From: a virus
Taxonomy: Duplodnaviria > Caudoviricetes
Direction: 5' to 3' (one strand)
Length of the DNA: 64,000 nt
Virus record (IMG/VR): IMGVR_UViG_3300033121_002239
Coordinates: 1 to 64,000 of that record
Below the pieces are notes generated by a model that saw nothing but the letters and a program-made list of their open reading frames with translations, was not told where the DNA came from and searched no databases. This document shows positions 1-8,738 of the stretch, one piece after another. The position numbers and the translations under genes were made by a program. Numbering within the stretch: position 1 is the first letter of the stretch; each line of letters starts with the position of its first letter.

Positions 1-290
1 TCCTGCCCCGACGCGACCCCCGTCGTGTTGCCGTCGGTGTCCGTGCCGAGGTTCACCGTGACGTTCGCCGGGACGTTGATCCGCCGACCGAGCGCGTCGT
101 ACGCCACGCCCGCTGCGAGCTGGAGCGTGAGGTTCGGCGAAGACTGCTCCGTGAGCGTGAGACCCGCGGCGAGGCCGTAGCCGAGGAGGTCGGAGACGAT
201 CGCGCGGTCGGCGTTCTCGGCGTTCGATTGCCACGCCGCAACGTCGGTGTGCTCGATTACAAAGTCCCGATGATACGCCTTGAGGTCCAT
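1..290 (-). CDS. Tail fibre / baseplate-attached fibre protein, N-terminal part (runs off left edge)
   Basis: Not in ORF track. ATG at 290 opens MDLKAYHRDFVIEHTDVAAWQSNAENADRAIVSDLLGYGLAAGLTLTEQSSPNLTLQLAAGVAYDALGRRINVP, open to position 1. 'L..AAGVAYDALGRRI.V' is typical of fibre N-termini; directly follows the gpI-like gene and has the late box upstream. Confidence 0.65.
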   Translation of the reverse strand, partial: MDLKAYHRDFVIEHTDVAAWQSNAENADRAIVSDLLGYGLAAGLTLTEQSSPNLTLQLAAGVAYDALGRRINVPANVTVNLGTDTDGNTTGVASGQ

Positions 291-305
291 CGCCCCTCGC
301 GGGCG

Positions 306-313
306 GTCACCCG
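306..313 (-). promoter_or_regulatory. Late box CGGGTGAC
   Basis: 15 nt before ATG 290; overlaps the upstream stop. Confidence 0.55.
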
Positions 314-1350
314 AGGGCGGTGTTGCGACCGAGGCGCGAGCGGCCAAGCACCCACGACGGGTGCCGCGCGTGCGCGTAGTCTAGCGAGACCGTCATCAGG
401 GACGGGCGCATGACCTCGATCACCTGCACGAGGGCGCGGCGCTCGTCGCCCGTGAGCGCGCGCGGCAGGACGAGCGTGAGCGTGAACGCGTCGTCGGCGG
501 GCGTCGCGCCGCGCGCGGATGCGGCGAGTCGCGTGGTGAAGACCTCGGTCGTCGCAAGTTCGAGGCGGTCGCCCGCGGTGAGCGCCTCGCGGCCCTCCCG
601 CCGCCACACCCGCACCACGTCCCCGCGCGTGAGGGCGAAGGCGAGGGTGAGGCTCGTCGTCGAGGTCTCGGACCACTCCGGCGCGTCCGTGCGCAGCCGA
701 TCGACCGACACCACCAGCGTCCCGATCCCCATCGTGTACGAGAAGGGGAGGGAGATCACCGACTCGCCGCCGTAGGCGGTGTATTCGTGGCCGCGCGTGA
801 GGAGCTCGACCTTGCGCGGCTCGACCGCGAGGAAGGCCGTCCGGTCGAGCTCGACGCCGTTGCGCCAGGCCCGCAAGGTCCCCACGTGGGGCGTCGCGAT
901 CCAGCGCGTGTCGGTGACCTCGATGGACGTCTCGCCCCCCGTCGCCGTGTAGCGGAAGGTGAAGCCGCCGAGGTGCGACCGGCCGAGGCGCCACGCCTGC
1001 CCCCGCGTGCCGCGCAGGAACGCCTCCTCGCCGAGGAAGAGGCGCACGGCGTCGAGGAGCCCCGGCACGGTGCCCTTCTCGCGGTAGAGCGGCACGAGGA
1101 GCGCCACGATCTTGCGCTGGAGCGCGACGGGGAGGGTCGTGTCGAGCGTCCAGCCCTTCGCCCGCGCGAGCTCGGGGAGCCACCGCGCCTCGCAGGTGAG
1201 CGGGTTCTGGAGCGTGAGGAGCTTCCCGATGTCGTCGTAGCGGTCGCCGAGCGCGTCGTCGGAGAGGCGCACGAGGGACGCGAGGGGTTCGGTCGGGGCC
1301 TCGCGTCGCCAGAACCGGGGGAGGGCGTCCCAGAGCGTCGGTCGGGCCAT
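307..1350 (-). CDS. Baseplate wedge / phage tail protein (P2 gpI-like)
   Basis: MARPTLWDALPRFWR...WLPELARAKGWTLDTTLPVALQRKIVALLVPLYREKGTVPGL is the gpI/Tail_P2_I pattern; start overlaps the J stop. Confidence 0.75.
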   Translation of the reverse strand: MARPTLWDALPRFWRREAPTEPLASLVRLSDDALGDRYDDIGKLLTLQNPLTCEARWLPELARAKGWTLDTTLPVALQRKIVALLVPLYREKGTVPGLLDAVRLFLGEEAFLRGTRGQAWRLGRSHLGGFTFRYTATGGETSIEVTDTRWIATPHVGTLRAWRNGVELDRTAFLAVEPRKVELLTRGHEYTAYGGESVISLPFSYTMGIGTLVVSVDRLRTDAPEWSETSTTSLTLAFALTRGDVVRVWRREGREALTAGDRLELATTEVFTTRLAASARGATPADDAFTLTLVLPRALTGDERRALVQVIEVMRPSLMTVSLDYAHARHPSWVLGRSRLGRNTALG

Positions 1351-2804
1351 CAGGTCGTCTCCTGCACCACGGTCACGGCGGGCGCCGACGCGAGCGCCGC
1401 GAACTGCGCGACCGTGAAGGACGGGTCGCTCGCGGGCGACGTGACCTCGACGCGCGTCACGCCCGCGAGGGACTGGCACGCGTCGAACATCCGCGAGCGC
1501 GGCACGGGGTAGCCGAAGCGCAGCACGTAGTAGCCCTCCTCGTCGCGCGCCCCGGGCGTCCAGAGCGCGGCGAGGGCGGCCTGCGCGGCGGTCTGGAGGG
1601 CCGCCGCGTCCACGCCCGCGCGGCAGTAGATCGTCACCGCGACCGACTGCGCGACGTACACGGCGCTCACGACGGACACTTCGAGCCCCGCCATGCAGGG
1701 CTTCGTCTCGGTCACGTACGTGTGCACGGCGTCGAGGCGCGTCGCATCGGGCGAGCCGCCCGCCGTCGGGACGACGTAGAGCCGGTGCTGGAGGTGGCCG
1801 AGCGTGCTGTCCTCGCGGCGCGTGTGGCAGAGGGCGCGCGCGACCCCCGGCACCTCGACCGCGTGGAGTTCGAAGTCCTCGCGGCTCACCGTCCGGTCGG
1901 TCGCGCGGAGCGAGTCGGGCGCGGCGTAGCGCGCGTGCTCGAGCGCCTCGCGGTCGGTGCCGCCCGAGGAGTCCCCGGCGTTCGTGGCCGAGACCTCGAC
2001 GGGCAGGCCCGCGGCGGTCGTGAAGGAGCCGCGCAGGCGCCGGAGCGTCCCGCGCCGCACGCGCCCGGCCGTGCCGAGCGTGGTGCGGTACGTGACGGTG
2101 AGGGTCGCGCCCTCGGCGGGTCGCTTGCCGTTCACCCCGTCGCCGAAGACGACCGTGGCGCGCTCGTCGGCGTCACGCTCGACCACGTAATGCTGCGAGG
2201 CGGAGGTGCTGGAGAGGAAGTTGTTGACGCGCGACCACGTGACGCCGCCCACGGTCACGGCCTCGCTCGCGCGGACGAAGGGCGTCTCGGTGAGCGTCAC
2301 GCGCTGGCCCGAGGGCCACGCGCCCGCCGCGTCGCCGACGAAGCTCTGCGTCTGCGCGCGCCCCTCGGTGCAGGCCACCGTGCGCGACGTCTGCCCCGGC
2401 GCGAAGGTCACCGCGGCGTCGGTCGTGTAGACCACCGTGCCGTCCTCCGTGTAGACCTCGGTCCCTGCGGCGATCGGCACCGCGTCCGACTGCGACGGGA
2501 TCGTGAGCGCGACCGTGACCGTCGGGGGCGTCGGCGACGCGAACTCGTACGCGAGGCCCCGCGCGTGGTCGATCACGCTCTGGCGGAGCCGCGCGCGGTG
2601 GATGAACGCCTCGTTGAGGCCGCGGTTCTGGTAGTACGTGAGCTTCGCGCCCACGGTCGCGACGGCCACGAACCAGCGGCGGTCGGGCGAGCCTTCCGAG
2701 AGGTCGAGGCCCGCGAGCGAGGGCTCCCCCGCGGCGTTCGTCGTGAGCTCCGCGAGGATGCCCTCGAAGTCGAGCACGGTGTATTGCAGCGCACGAGGAG
2801 CCAT
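1350..2804 (-). CDS. Baseplate J/gp47-family protein
   Basis: DFEGILAEL...ARLRQSVIDHARGLAY...VVFGDGVNGKRP...GGTDREALEHARYAAPDSLRATDRTVSREDFE..A..VPGVARA; standard position. Confidence 0.9.
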   Translation of the reverse strand: MAPRALQYTVLDFEGILAELTTNAAGEPSLAGLDLSEGSPDRRWFVAVATVGAKLTYYQNRGLNEAFIHRARLRQSVIDHARGLAYEFASPTPPTVTVALTIPSQSDAVPIAAGTEVYTEDGTVVYTTDAAVTFAPGQTSRTVACTEGRAQTQSFVGDAAGAWPSGQRVTLTETPFVRASEAVTVGGVTWSRVNNFLSSTSASQHYVVERDADERATVVFGDGVNGKRPAEGATLTVTYRTTLGTAGRVRRGTLRRLRGSFTTAAGLPVEVSATNAGDSSGGTDREALEHARYAAPDSLRATDRTVSREDFELHAVEVPGVARALCHTRREDSTLGHLQHRLYVVPTAGGSPDATRLDAVHTYVTETKPCMAGLEVSVVSAVYVAQSVAVTIYCRAGVDAAALQTAAQAALAALWTPGARDEEGYYVLRFGYPVPRSRMFDACQSLAGVTRVEVTSPASDPSFTVAQFAALASAPAVTVVQETT

Positions 2805-2807
2805 CGC
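2742..2807. repeat. Native 5' end of baseplate J gene, duplicated at 4019-4084
   Basis: 62/66 nt identical to 4019-4084; three of the four differences are synonymous. Confidence 0.9.
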
Positions 2808-2904
2808 CCTTGATCATCGTGTGAACCTCACGAGGTCGAATGTGGCCGGATTCCAACCGTATCGGCGCAAGATGCGGCCCATCCTGTGCAGCACGCAGGC
2901 CGGT

Positions 2905-3945
2905 ATGATCGGGCTCGCGCATGCAGACGGGAAGGAGTACCCAAACCTCGCGCTCGCATCTCTCGCGGCGTACTTCAAAGCGGGCGGCGAAGCCGTGCGG
3001 CTCATTCGCCCCGATGATCGACCGGACCTCTTTCGAGGCGGCTTCCCGAAGCGCATCTACGGTTCCTCGATCTTCACCGGCTCCACCACGGAGCGGGACG
3101 ACATTGAACAGCATTGGGGAGACGTCTCGTGGGGTGGCACGGGAGTGCGCGTCGATTCCTCGCTCACGGAGATTGATGCGTCGGTGGATTGGGACGCGAT
3201 CCGCCCTGACTTCTCGATCTATCCTGAGTTCACGGCGTCCATGGGGTTTCTCACGAGGGGGTGCCGACTGCGTTGCGGTTTCTGCGTGGTGCCGGAGAAA
3301 GAAGGGCGGCCACGTGTTGTATCGGACGTGCATCGACTGTGGCGCGGCAAGGGACACCCGCGCCACCTGCACCTTCTCGACAACGACGCCTATGCGAAAC
3401 CTCTGCGAGACTTCTGGCGTGACGCGGTTGATGAGTTTCGTAAGGGCCGATTCCGCGTGTGCTTCACGCAGGGTATTAACGTCCGGCTGATCGACGACGA
3501 GGCCGCCGCACTCATCGCGCGCACGCCGTACTACGGCAACGACTTCGAAAAACGCATCCTCTACACGGCCTGGGACAACCTGCGCGACGAGAGCATCTTC
3601 AAGGCTGGCGTTGAACGTCTGCGCATCGCTGGCGTGCCGCCGCATCGTCTCCGCGTGTTCATGCTCGTGGGATATCGTGAAGGCGAAACGTGGGAGGAGA
3701 TGTTCTACCGCTTCGCGGAGATCGCCGCCTTGCGGGCCGAACCTTACGTGATGGTGTACGGCCCCGAGGGTGCGCGCCCAGAACTCGACGCATTCCAACG
3801 TTGGTCAAACCGTTGGTTCTTCCGCTCGATCGCGTGGCCGGACTACGCGCGTGATGGGAAGTGGGACACGCGTATTTATGGCGAAGCGCGCGCGGACTCA
3901 GACGCCGCGTGGAACCGAGTGGTAGCGCGAATGCTCACCCGTTGA
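2905..3945 (+). CDS. Radical SAM protein (phage family, CxxxCxxC), accessory gene antisense to the tail operon
   Basis: MIGLAHADGKEYPNLAL...GFLTRGCRLRCGFCVVPEKEG...LLDND...FTQGIN.RLI; visibly lower GC than flanks. Start chosen by family pattern. Confidence 0.75.
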   Translation: MIGLAHADGKEYPNLALASLAAYFKAGGEAVRLIRPDDRPDLFRGGFPKRIYGSSIFTGSTTERDDIEQHWGDVSWGGTGVRVDSSLTEIDASVDWDAIRPDFSIYPEFTASMGFLTRGCRLRCGFCVVPEKEGRPRVVSDVHRLWRGKGHPRHLHLLDNDAYAKPLRDFWRDAVDEFRKGRFRVCFTQGINVRLIDDEAAALIARTPYYGNDFEKRILYTAWDNLRDESIFKAGVERLRIAGVPPHRLRVFMLVGYREGETWEEMFYRFAEIAALRAEPYVMVYGPEGARPELDAFQRWSNRWFFRSIAWPDYARDGKWDTRIYGEARADSDAAWNRVVARMLTR

Positions 3946-4081
3946 CTTCCACGACCCGCGACTCCCCCGTCCCGCGCGGGCGGAGGGTGATCGCGGCCGT
4001 CGTGCTCCGCTCCCCCTGCGTGATCTCCGCGAGGATGCCCTCGAAGTCGAGCACGGTGTATTGCAGGGCGCGAGGGGCCAT
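3935..4081 (-). pseudogene. Chimeric 48-aa mini-ORF: baseplate J N-terminus fused in frame to gp25 C-terminus
   Basis: MAPRALQYTVLDFEGILAEIT (J) + QGERSTTAAITLRPRGTGESRVVEVNG* (gp25 ends AEITQAGRSTTAAITLRPRGTGEARVVEVNSASG). Confidence 0.85.
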
Positions 4082-4096
4082 CGCACCTTGCGGGTG

Positions 4097-4104
4097 GTCA
4101 CCCC
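4097..4104 (-). promoter_or_regulatory. Late box GGGGTGAC
   Basis: 15 nt before the ATG of the J remnant (4081). Confidence 0.6.
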
Positions 4105-4144
4105 GTCACGATGGCACGTAACGCGCAACGCGCGGCGAAGGAGT

Positions 4145-4161
4145 TGACGCACAACGCGTCA
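4145..4161. promoter_or_regulatory. Palindromic operator-like site overlapping a TTGACG -35 box
   Basis: TGACGC-ACAAC-GCGTCA upstream of ORF 4196; no clear -10 found. Confidence 0.4.
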
Positions 4162-4195
4162 CCACGCTTCAACCGCAGACCCAGAAAGGAACGCC

Positions 4196-4795
4196 ATGGA
4201 CCTCTTCGACGCCTTCGACGAACTGACCGTGATGCGCACGATGGCAGGGCAGACGGTCGAGCGCGGCTCGCTCGACGGGAGCCTCGCGCTGCTGACCTCC
4301 TACGACGTGAGCCTCGTGCATCATCCGCCTGCCGAGGTGATGCGCGAGGTGCCGCCGATCTCCTCGCACAACGCGGACGTCGTACGCCAGTACCTCGACG
4401 CGCTGACGCTGGCCGAGATGGACGCGCACGCATTCGCCGCGTGGGTCGATGCGTCTGTCCCCGATCCGCCCGCCGAGGATTGCCCCCACTGCGGGGGAGA
4501 CGGCTGTGCAGTCACGTCGGGCAACCCCGAGGGGTGCGCGTGGACGCGGTATCGCGCCCCGCGGCCCGTCTCGGTCTACGGGACGGTCGTGAATGCGGGA
4601 TGCCTGCACGCGGCCACGGCCTTCCTCGACCTCGGGGGGCGGGTGCGGGCGGGCGTCTGGGACCTGACCCTGATCCTCCGGGGCGAGGGGTGGACCTACG
4701 TCCTCCGCGGGATGCGCCAGGGCGTGACGCCGATGCGGTTCTGGCCCGAGGCCGAAGACGCGACCGCGAGGCTGCGCGCGACGGTGCTCTCGTGA
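4196..4795 (+). CDS. Hypothetical accessory protein with CxxCxGxG zinc-finger-like motif
   Basis: RBS GAAAGGA before ATG; CPHCGGDGC motif; antisense insertion between gp25 and J. Confidence 0.6.
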   Translation: MDLFDAFDELTVMRTMAGQTVERGSLDGSLALLTSYDVSLVHHPPAEVMREVPPISSHNADVVRQYLDALTLAEMDAHAFAAWVDASVPDPPAEDCPHCGGDGCAVTSGNPEGCAWTRYRAPRPVSVYGTVVNAGCLHAATAFLDLGGRVRAGVWDLTLILRGEGWTYVLRGMRQGVTPMRFWPEAEDATARLRATVLS

Positions 4796-4816
4796 CGGAG
4801 CGGGCGTCCGCGACGC

Positions 4817-5182
4817 TCACCCCGACGCCGAGTTCACCTCGACGACGCGCGCCTCCCCCGTCCCGCGCGGGCGGAGGGTGATCGCGGCCGTCGTGCTCCG
4901 CCCGGCCTGGGTGATCTCCGCACGCTCGACCCTGAGCCGCTTCTCCCACCGACCGAGCGCGTCGGACGTCGACGCCTTCATCTCCAGCGCGAGCGCCGCG
5001 TCGTTCGGGTCGTGCAGGAGCTGGCGCACGCGCGACCCGAACTCGGGCTGGAACTCGATGTCGCCCGGGGTCGTGTCGAGGATCGTGCGCGCCGCGACGA
5101 GGGCCGTCTCGACGCCCGTCACGGTTGCGAGGTAGCCGCGGGCGCCGAGGTGCAGCGGGCGGTCGTAGCCGAAGGTCGTCAC
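4817..5182 (-). CDS. Baseplate wedge gp25/GpW-like protein
   Basis: ILDTTPGDIEFQPEFGSRVRQLLHDPND...ALGRWEKRLRVERAEI is the gp25 signature; GTG start overlaps the upstream stop. Confidence 0.9.
   Translation of the reverse strand: MTTFGYDRPLHLGARGYLATVTGVETALVAARTILDTTPGDIEFQPEFGSRVRQLLHDPNDAALALEMKASTSDALGRWEKRLRVERAEITQAGRSTTAAITLRPRGTGEARVVEVNSASG
4832..4921. repeat. 3' end of gp25 gene, duplicated at 3941-4030
   Basis: About 81/90 nt identical with a 49-bp perfect core (4853-4901 = 3962-4010). Confidence 0.9.
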
Positions 5183-5481
5183 GGGAGGATCTCCACCTGC
5201 ACGCGCGTGAGCGAGGGGACGCGAAGCTCCCCGCTCGTCGGGAAGTTGAAGGGGTCGATGAGGTCGTTCGCGTCGGCGATCACCCACCAGAGATGCGGCG
5301 TGCCGTAGAACTCCTGCGACAAGAGGCCGAGCTTCGTCGCGGCCGTGGCGGGCACGCGCACGTCGGGGTCGCGCGCGTCCTCGGGCAAAAGCGCCGGGGC
5401 ACGGGGGCCATGAAAGGTCTCGCCGCGCACGAGGTCGTGGTAGTGGGGTTCGCGCGCGAAGGGGTTGTAGACCGAGCTCAT
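5179..5481 (-). CDS. Baseplate LysM/gp53-like protein
   Basis: KLGLLSQEFYGTPHLWWVIADANDLIDPF...LRVPS pattern. Confidence 0.8.
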   Translation of the reverse strand: MSSVYNPFAREPHYHDLVRGETFHGPRAPALLPEDARDPDVRVPATAATKLGLLSQEFYGTPHLWWVIADANDLIDPFNFPTSGELRVPSLTRVQVEILP

Positions 5482-5485
5482 CGGA

Positions 5486-5965
5486 TCACCTTCCGGCCAG
5501 GACGTCGTCGCGGGAGAGGTCGCCGTTCACCGGGACGTTCTTCCATTCGAGCGTGGCCCGCAGCTCCCCGGGCGTCGTGGTGTCGGGGTCGAACCAGGGC
5601 CCGCTCTTGAGCTCCACGCTCGTGATGATCACGCGCAGCGTTCGGTGGCCGCCGAAGACGAGGAGCACCGGGTGAGGGCCTTGCCGCAGGCGCCCCGACC
5701 CGTCGTAGTCTGGGAGCGGGAGCGCTTCCAACTGGCGCCGGATGCGCTCGATGTCCGCCGCGTCGAGCTCCTGGCGGATGAACACGAGGTCGATCTTGCC
5801 CTCGCGCCCTTTGCCCCCCGTGTAGTGCTGGCGCGGGAAGGAGCCGCCGCGGACCTGCTTCTCCGACCAGTTCGCGCCGACGGTGACCGGGAGGTCCTCG
5901 GGGTTGAACTGCCAGTCGAGGCGCGTCCCATCGATGAGATCGCGCAGGTAGCCCGTGGTCGCCAC
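5486..5965 (-). CDS. Tail tube initiator (CIS tube-like protein)
   Basis: LDWQFNPEDL...GANWSE...QHYTGG...PHPVLLVFG...IITSV. Confidence 0.75.
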   Translation of the reverse strand: MATTGYLRDLIDGTRLDWQFNPEDLPVTVGANWSEKQVRGGSFPRQHYTGGKGREGKIDLVFIRQELDAADIERIRRQLEALPLPDYDGSGRLRQGPHPVLLVFGGHRTLRVIITSVELKSGPWFDPDTTTPGELRATLEWKNVPVNGDLSRDDVLAGR

Positions 5966-5979
5966 GCCCTTCGCCGCGG

Positions 5980-5987
5980 GTCACCCG
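5980..5987 (-). promoter_or_regulatory. Late box CGGGTGAC
   Basis: Intergenic, 14 nt before GTG 5965. Confidence 0.65.
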
Positions 5988-5990
5988 CGG

Positions 5991-7436
5991 CTACTCCTCC
6001 AAGTTGATTGTGAGAAGTTGATCCAGAAGCGTTTGCGGAGAGCCGCCTGAGGCGCCGGGGTTTCCTGTCGTTGGCGTCGGCTGCGCAGCTCCAGTGCGGC
6101 GAGGGTTCTGCCGTCCCGCGTTCACGCCGTCCCGTGAAAGCGCGAACTCGGTCTCGTAGCCTTGCGCGCTGATTGTGTGGCGGCAGTTCTTGACGTACCA
6201 GAGCCCCGCGTCGCGAGCCTCGACACCGAGAACCTTGACGATCATCCCGCGCCGCGCGCGCGGCATCCCGATCACTTTGGCCTCCGCAGTGACCTTGCGT
6301 CGCTCGTGGTGCTTGAACCGCGCGTTCGCCAGTCGTTCGAGATGCTGGCGGGCCGCGGGACCGTTCGGTGCGGCGGCCCCCGCCACGTGCGCGCCGGTCT
6401 GCGCGCCACCGTTGGGCGGTGCGGTCGGAGTCGTGCTTTCGCCCGAAAAGAGGTTGGCGAGGTCCGAGAGAATGTCCCCGCTCTCGGTGCTCACCACAAG
6501 AAGACTTGTATCGTCCTCGGTCGGGCTCGTATTCGAACGCCGGGCCGCGTCGCGCGACGCCTGCCACGCAGCGCGTTGCGCTTCGGGCGTCGCGTTCTGG
6601 AGGTCGGGGTGATCTTCGACGAAGGACGCGATCCCGCGATTCTCGGCGGCCTGCGCGCGCCGACGCTCGGCGGCGAGTCGCCGCGCGGCGAGCGTCTGCC
6701 GGGTGGCCGTCGGGTCGCCTACGGCATGACGGAAGACCTGTCCGGTAGCCGGGTCGTGAAAGAGCGCCACGACGCCCTCGTTCTCCGTCTGCCCCTTCTT
6801 CGTGTCCTCCTTGACCTCGAAAGAGAGCACGTTCGCGTTCCGCCACCCGTAGAGGAGCACGAGCGCGGGCGGCTCCCCCACGGGCGGCTCGCGCACGACG
6901 ACGACGTCGCCCTCCATCTCGACCGAGAGCCCCAGCTCCGCGGAGCGGCGCGTGATCCAGCTCCACGCGCTCTCGTTGTCGATCACCTGCCCGTCGAAGC
7001 GGATCGTGTCCTCCGCCTCGAAGCGCACCGAGAGCCCCGCGTGCTGCGCGACCTCCTCGGCGGCCTCGCGGAAGGTGCGGCCCTCGAAGACGTGGCGGAT
7101 CGCGCCGCGCGAGAGCGAGAGCTCCCGCCCGAACGCCTCGACCGTCACGGTCGCGTCGTCGTAGCTCGGTGCGACTTCGTGGACGATTCCTGCGCGCGGC
7201 GAAGACAGCGTGCCTGGGTAGCCCCACCGCACGCCGATCACCGTCCCGTGCGGCAGGAGCTCTCGCAGTGTGTGGTCTTCATCATCGAGCTTGAGCGTGA
7301 TGTGCGCCGCGAGGGCCTTGCCCTTCTTCTCGCCCTCGTCGACCGTGAGCTCCAACACGCGGCGTGTGAGGTCGATCGGAGCGCGTTGGCCGTCGAGCGT
7401 GACAAAGAGGATCGGGACTTGTTCGAGGACGCCCAC
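5991..7436 (-). CDS. Baseplate hub / late control gene D-like protein
   Basis: N-terminal gpD-like fold (LELTVDE...LKLDD...GVRWGY) and C-terminal G.PRARRGMIVKVLGV...GLWYVKNCRHTISAQGYETEF. Start set at GTG 7436 from the late box and purine tract upstream. Confidence 0.8.
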   Translation of the reverse strand: MGVLEQVPILFVTLDGQRAPIDLTRRVLELTVDEGEKKGKALAAHITLKLDDEDHTLRELLPHGTVIGVRWGYPGTLSSPRAGIVHEVAPSYDDATVTVEAFGRELSLSRGAIRHVFEGRTFREAAEEVAQHAGLSVRFEAEDTIRFDGQVIDNESAWSWITRRSAELGLSVEMEGDVVVVREPPVGEPPALVLLYGWRNANVLSFEVKEDTKKGQTENEGVVALFHDPATGQVFRHAVGDPTATRQTLAARRLAAERRRAQAAENRGIASFVEDHPDLQNATPEAQRAAWQASRDAARRSNTSPTEDDTSLLVVSTESGDILSDLANLFSGESTTPTAPPNGGAQTGAHVAGAAAPNGPAARQHLERLANARFKHHERRKVTAEAKVIGMPRARRGMIVKVLGVEARDAGLWYVKNCRHTISAQGYETEFALSRDGVNAGRQNPRRTGAAQPTPTTGNPGASGGSPQTLLDQLLTINLEE

Positions 7437-7451
7437 GCACCTTCGGCGTGA

Positions 7452-7459
7452 GTCATCCA
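7452..7459 (-). promoter_or_regulatory. Late box TGGATGAC
   Basis: 15 nt before GTG 7436. Confidence 0.5.
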
Positions 7460-7465
7460 CGCGTG

Positions 7466-8659
7466 TTACCGCGAAGGCGGTTCGCGGCGTACGGTCGGCG
7501 TGGTCTCCGTCCAGCCCCACACGCGCACTGCGTCAGGGAGCGAGCGGAACGGACCCGCGATGGTTCCAAGCGGGTCGCCAGGGTTCGCTGCACGCCACGC
7601 CGACCACGCGGCCCACTCCGTCCAGCCCCATGCGCGGGCCGCGTCGAGGAGATTGAAGAGGGGCACGATGATCAGTCCGAGCGGGTCAGCACGGCGCCCG
7701 TTTCGCCACTGCGTCCACGCGGTCAGTGCCGCCGATTGCTCGTTCGCTGTGCCGAAGGGGCCGATGGCGGGCGGCAAGTCCCGACCAGGATTCGCGAGGA
7801 CCCACGCGGTACGCAGGTTCGTAGCGCGGGTGATACACGTAGAGAGCCACGAACTCCACGCCGCCGCTTCGTCCGCCGACGACGCGAAGGAACGGGCCGG
7901 GGGAATGGTCGGCGCGAGGAAAGGAGCGATGATCGTTCCGAGTTGATCCCCAGGGTGTGCTGCGGTCCACGACGTCCAGCGCGACCACTCGTCCATGCTC
8001 TCGGTTGCGTCGGTCGGGTAGCTGAAAGGGGGCGGCGGGGAGGGCTCCGAGGGATGTGCTGCGATCCACGCGGCGCGGAACTCAGCCACGCGGAAGCGGC
8101 ACTGTTGGTAGTAGCTCGCCCACGCGGCATCTTCGGACGAGGCGTACAGGAACGGCCCTGCGGGTGGCGTCGGGGGGCTCGCGAGAGCGGCGGCGGTCCA
8201 GGCGTCGCTGAACGTCGCCGCGATCACGCGGTCTCGGAAGAGACGGGCGGGGGCGACCACGACGTCGACCGTCGTCCCGAACGGGCCAAGGACGGGCGGG
8301 GCGGTGGAACCGGGATGCGCGGCGATCCAGTTCGAGCGATGAATCGTGGCGCGCGAAGCGAGATAGGCCGACTCGTCCACGACGGACGAAACGACCTGAC
8401 GCACGACCCCTGCACGCACATCGACGACGTCGTTCAAGGTCGGGGGATTCGGCGGAGTAGCCGGGGGCGTCCCGGTGATGGGGCCGGGTTGGCCGGGCTC
8501 TGGGTAGTGAGTCACATGTCCGGCCGGGTTGGCGTGCGCGGAGGGGCGCCACACGATCCGCTGGCCTGCGACCGGCGCGGTATCGTGCGGACCATCAGGA
8601 ATCCACTCGCGGTCATACTGCGCACGGACGTACGGGGCACCGGGAACGACGGGGTTCAT
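7466..8659 (-). CDS. Pro/Trp/Ala-rich repeat protein (W-x-A-A-[HN]-P-G...G-P-F repeats), probably a late gene
   Basis: About 5 clear and 2 degenerate repeats; RBS GGAGGAG and late box upstream; no recognisable family. Confidence 0.6.
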   Translation of the reverse strand: MNPVVPGAPYVRAQYDREWIPDGPHDTAPVAGQRIVWRPSAHANPAGHVTHYPEPGQPGPITGTPPATPPNPPTLNDVVDVRAGVVRQVVSSVVDESAYLASRATIHRSNWIAAHPGSTAPPVLGPFGTTVDVVVAPARLFRDRVIAATFSDAWTAAALASPPTPPAGPFLYASSEDAAWASYYQQCRFRVAEFRAAWIAAHPSEPSPPPPFSYPTDATESMDEWSRWTSWTAAHPGDQLGTIIAPFLAPTIPPARSFASSADEAAAWSSWLSTCITRATNLRTAWVLANPGRDLPPAIGPFGTANEQSAALTAWTQWRNGRRADPLGLIIVPLFNLLDAARAWGWTEWAAWSAWRAANPGDPLGTIAGPFRSLPDAVRVWGWTETTPTVRREPPSR

Positions 8660-8673
8660 ACTCCTCCGGAGCG

Positions 8674-8681
8674 GTCACCGC
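8674..8681 (-). promoter_or_regulatory. Late box GCGGTGAC
   Basis: 14 nt before ATG 8659. Confidence 0.6.
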
Positions 8682-8703
8682 ACCGGGGGCCTGCGGATCT
8701 TTC

Positions 8704-8738
8704 GTGACCTCACCGGAGCGCGTCCGTACCCTCGCGAC
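8704..8738 (+). promoter_or_regulatory. Putative leaderless promoter of lipoprotein 1
   Basis: GTGACC-N17-TACCCT-N6-ATG; same architecture at 20482 and 51486. Confidence 0.65.
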
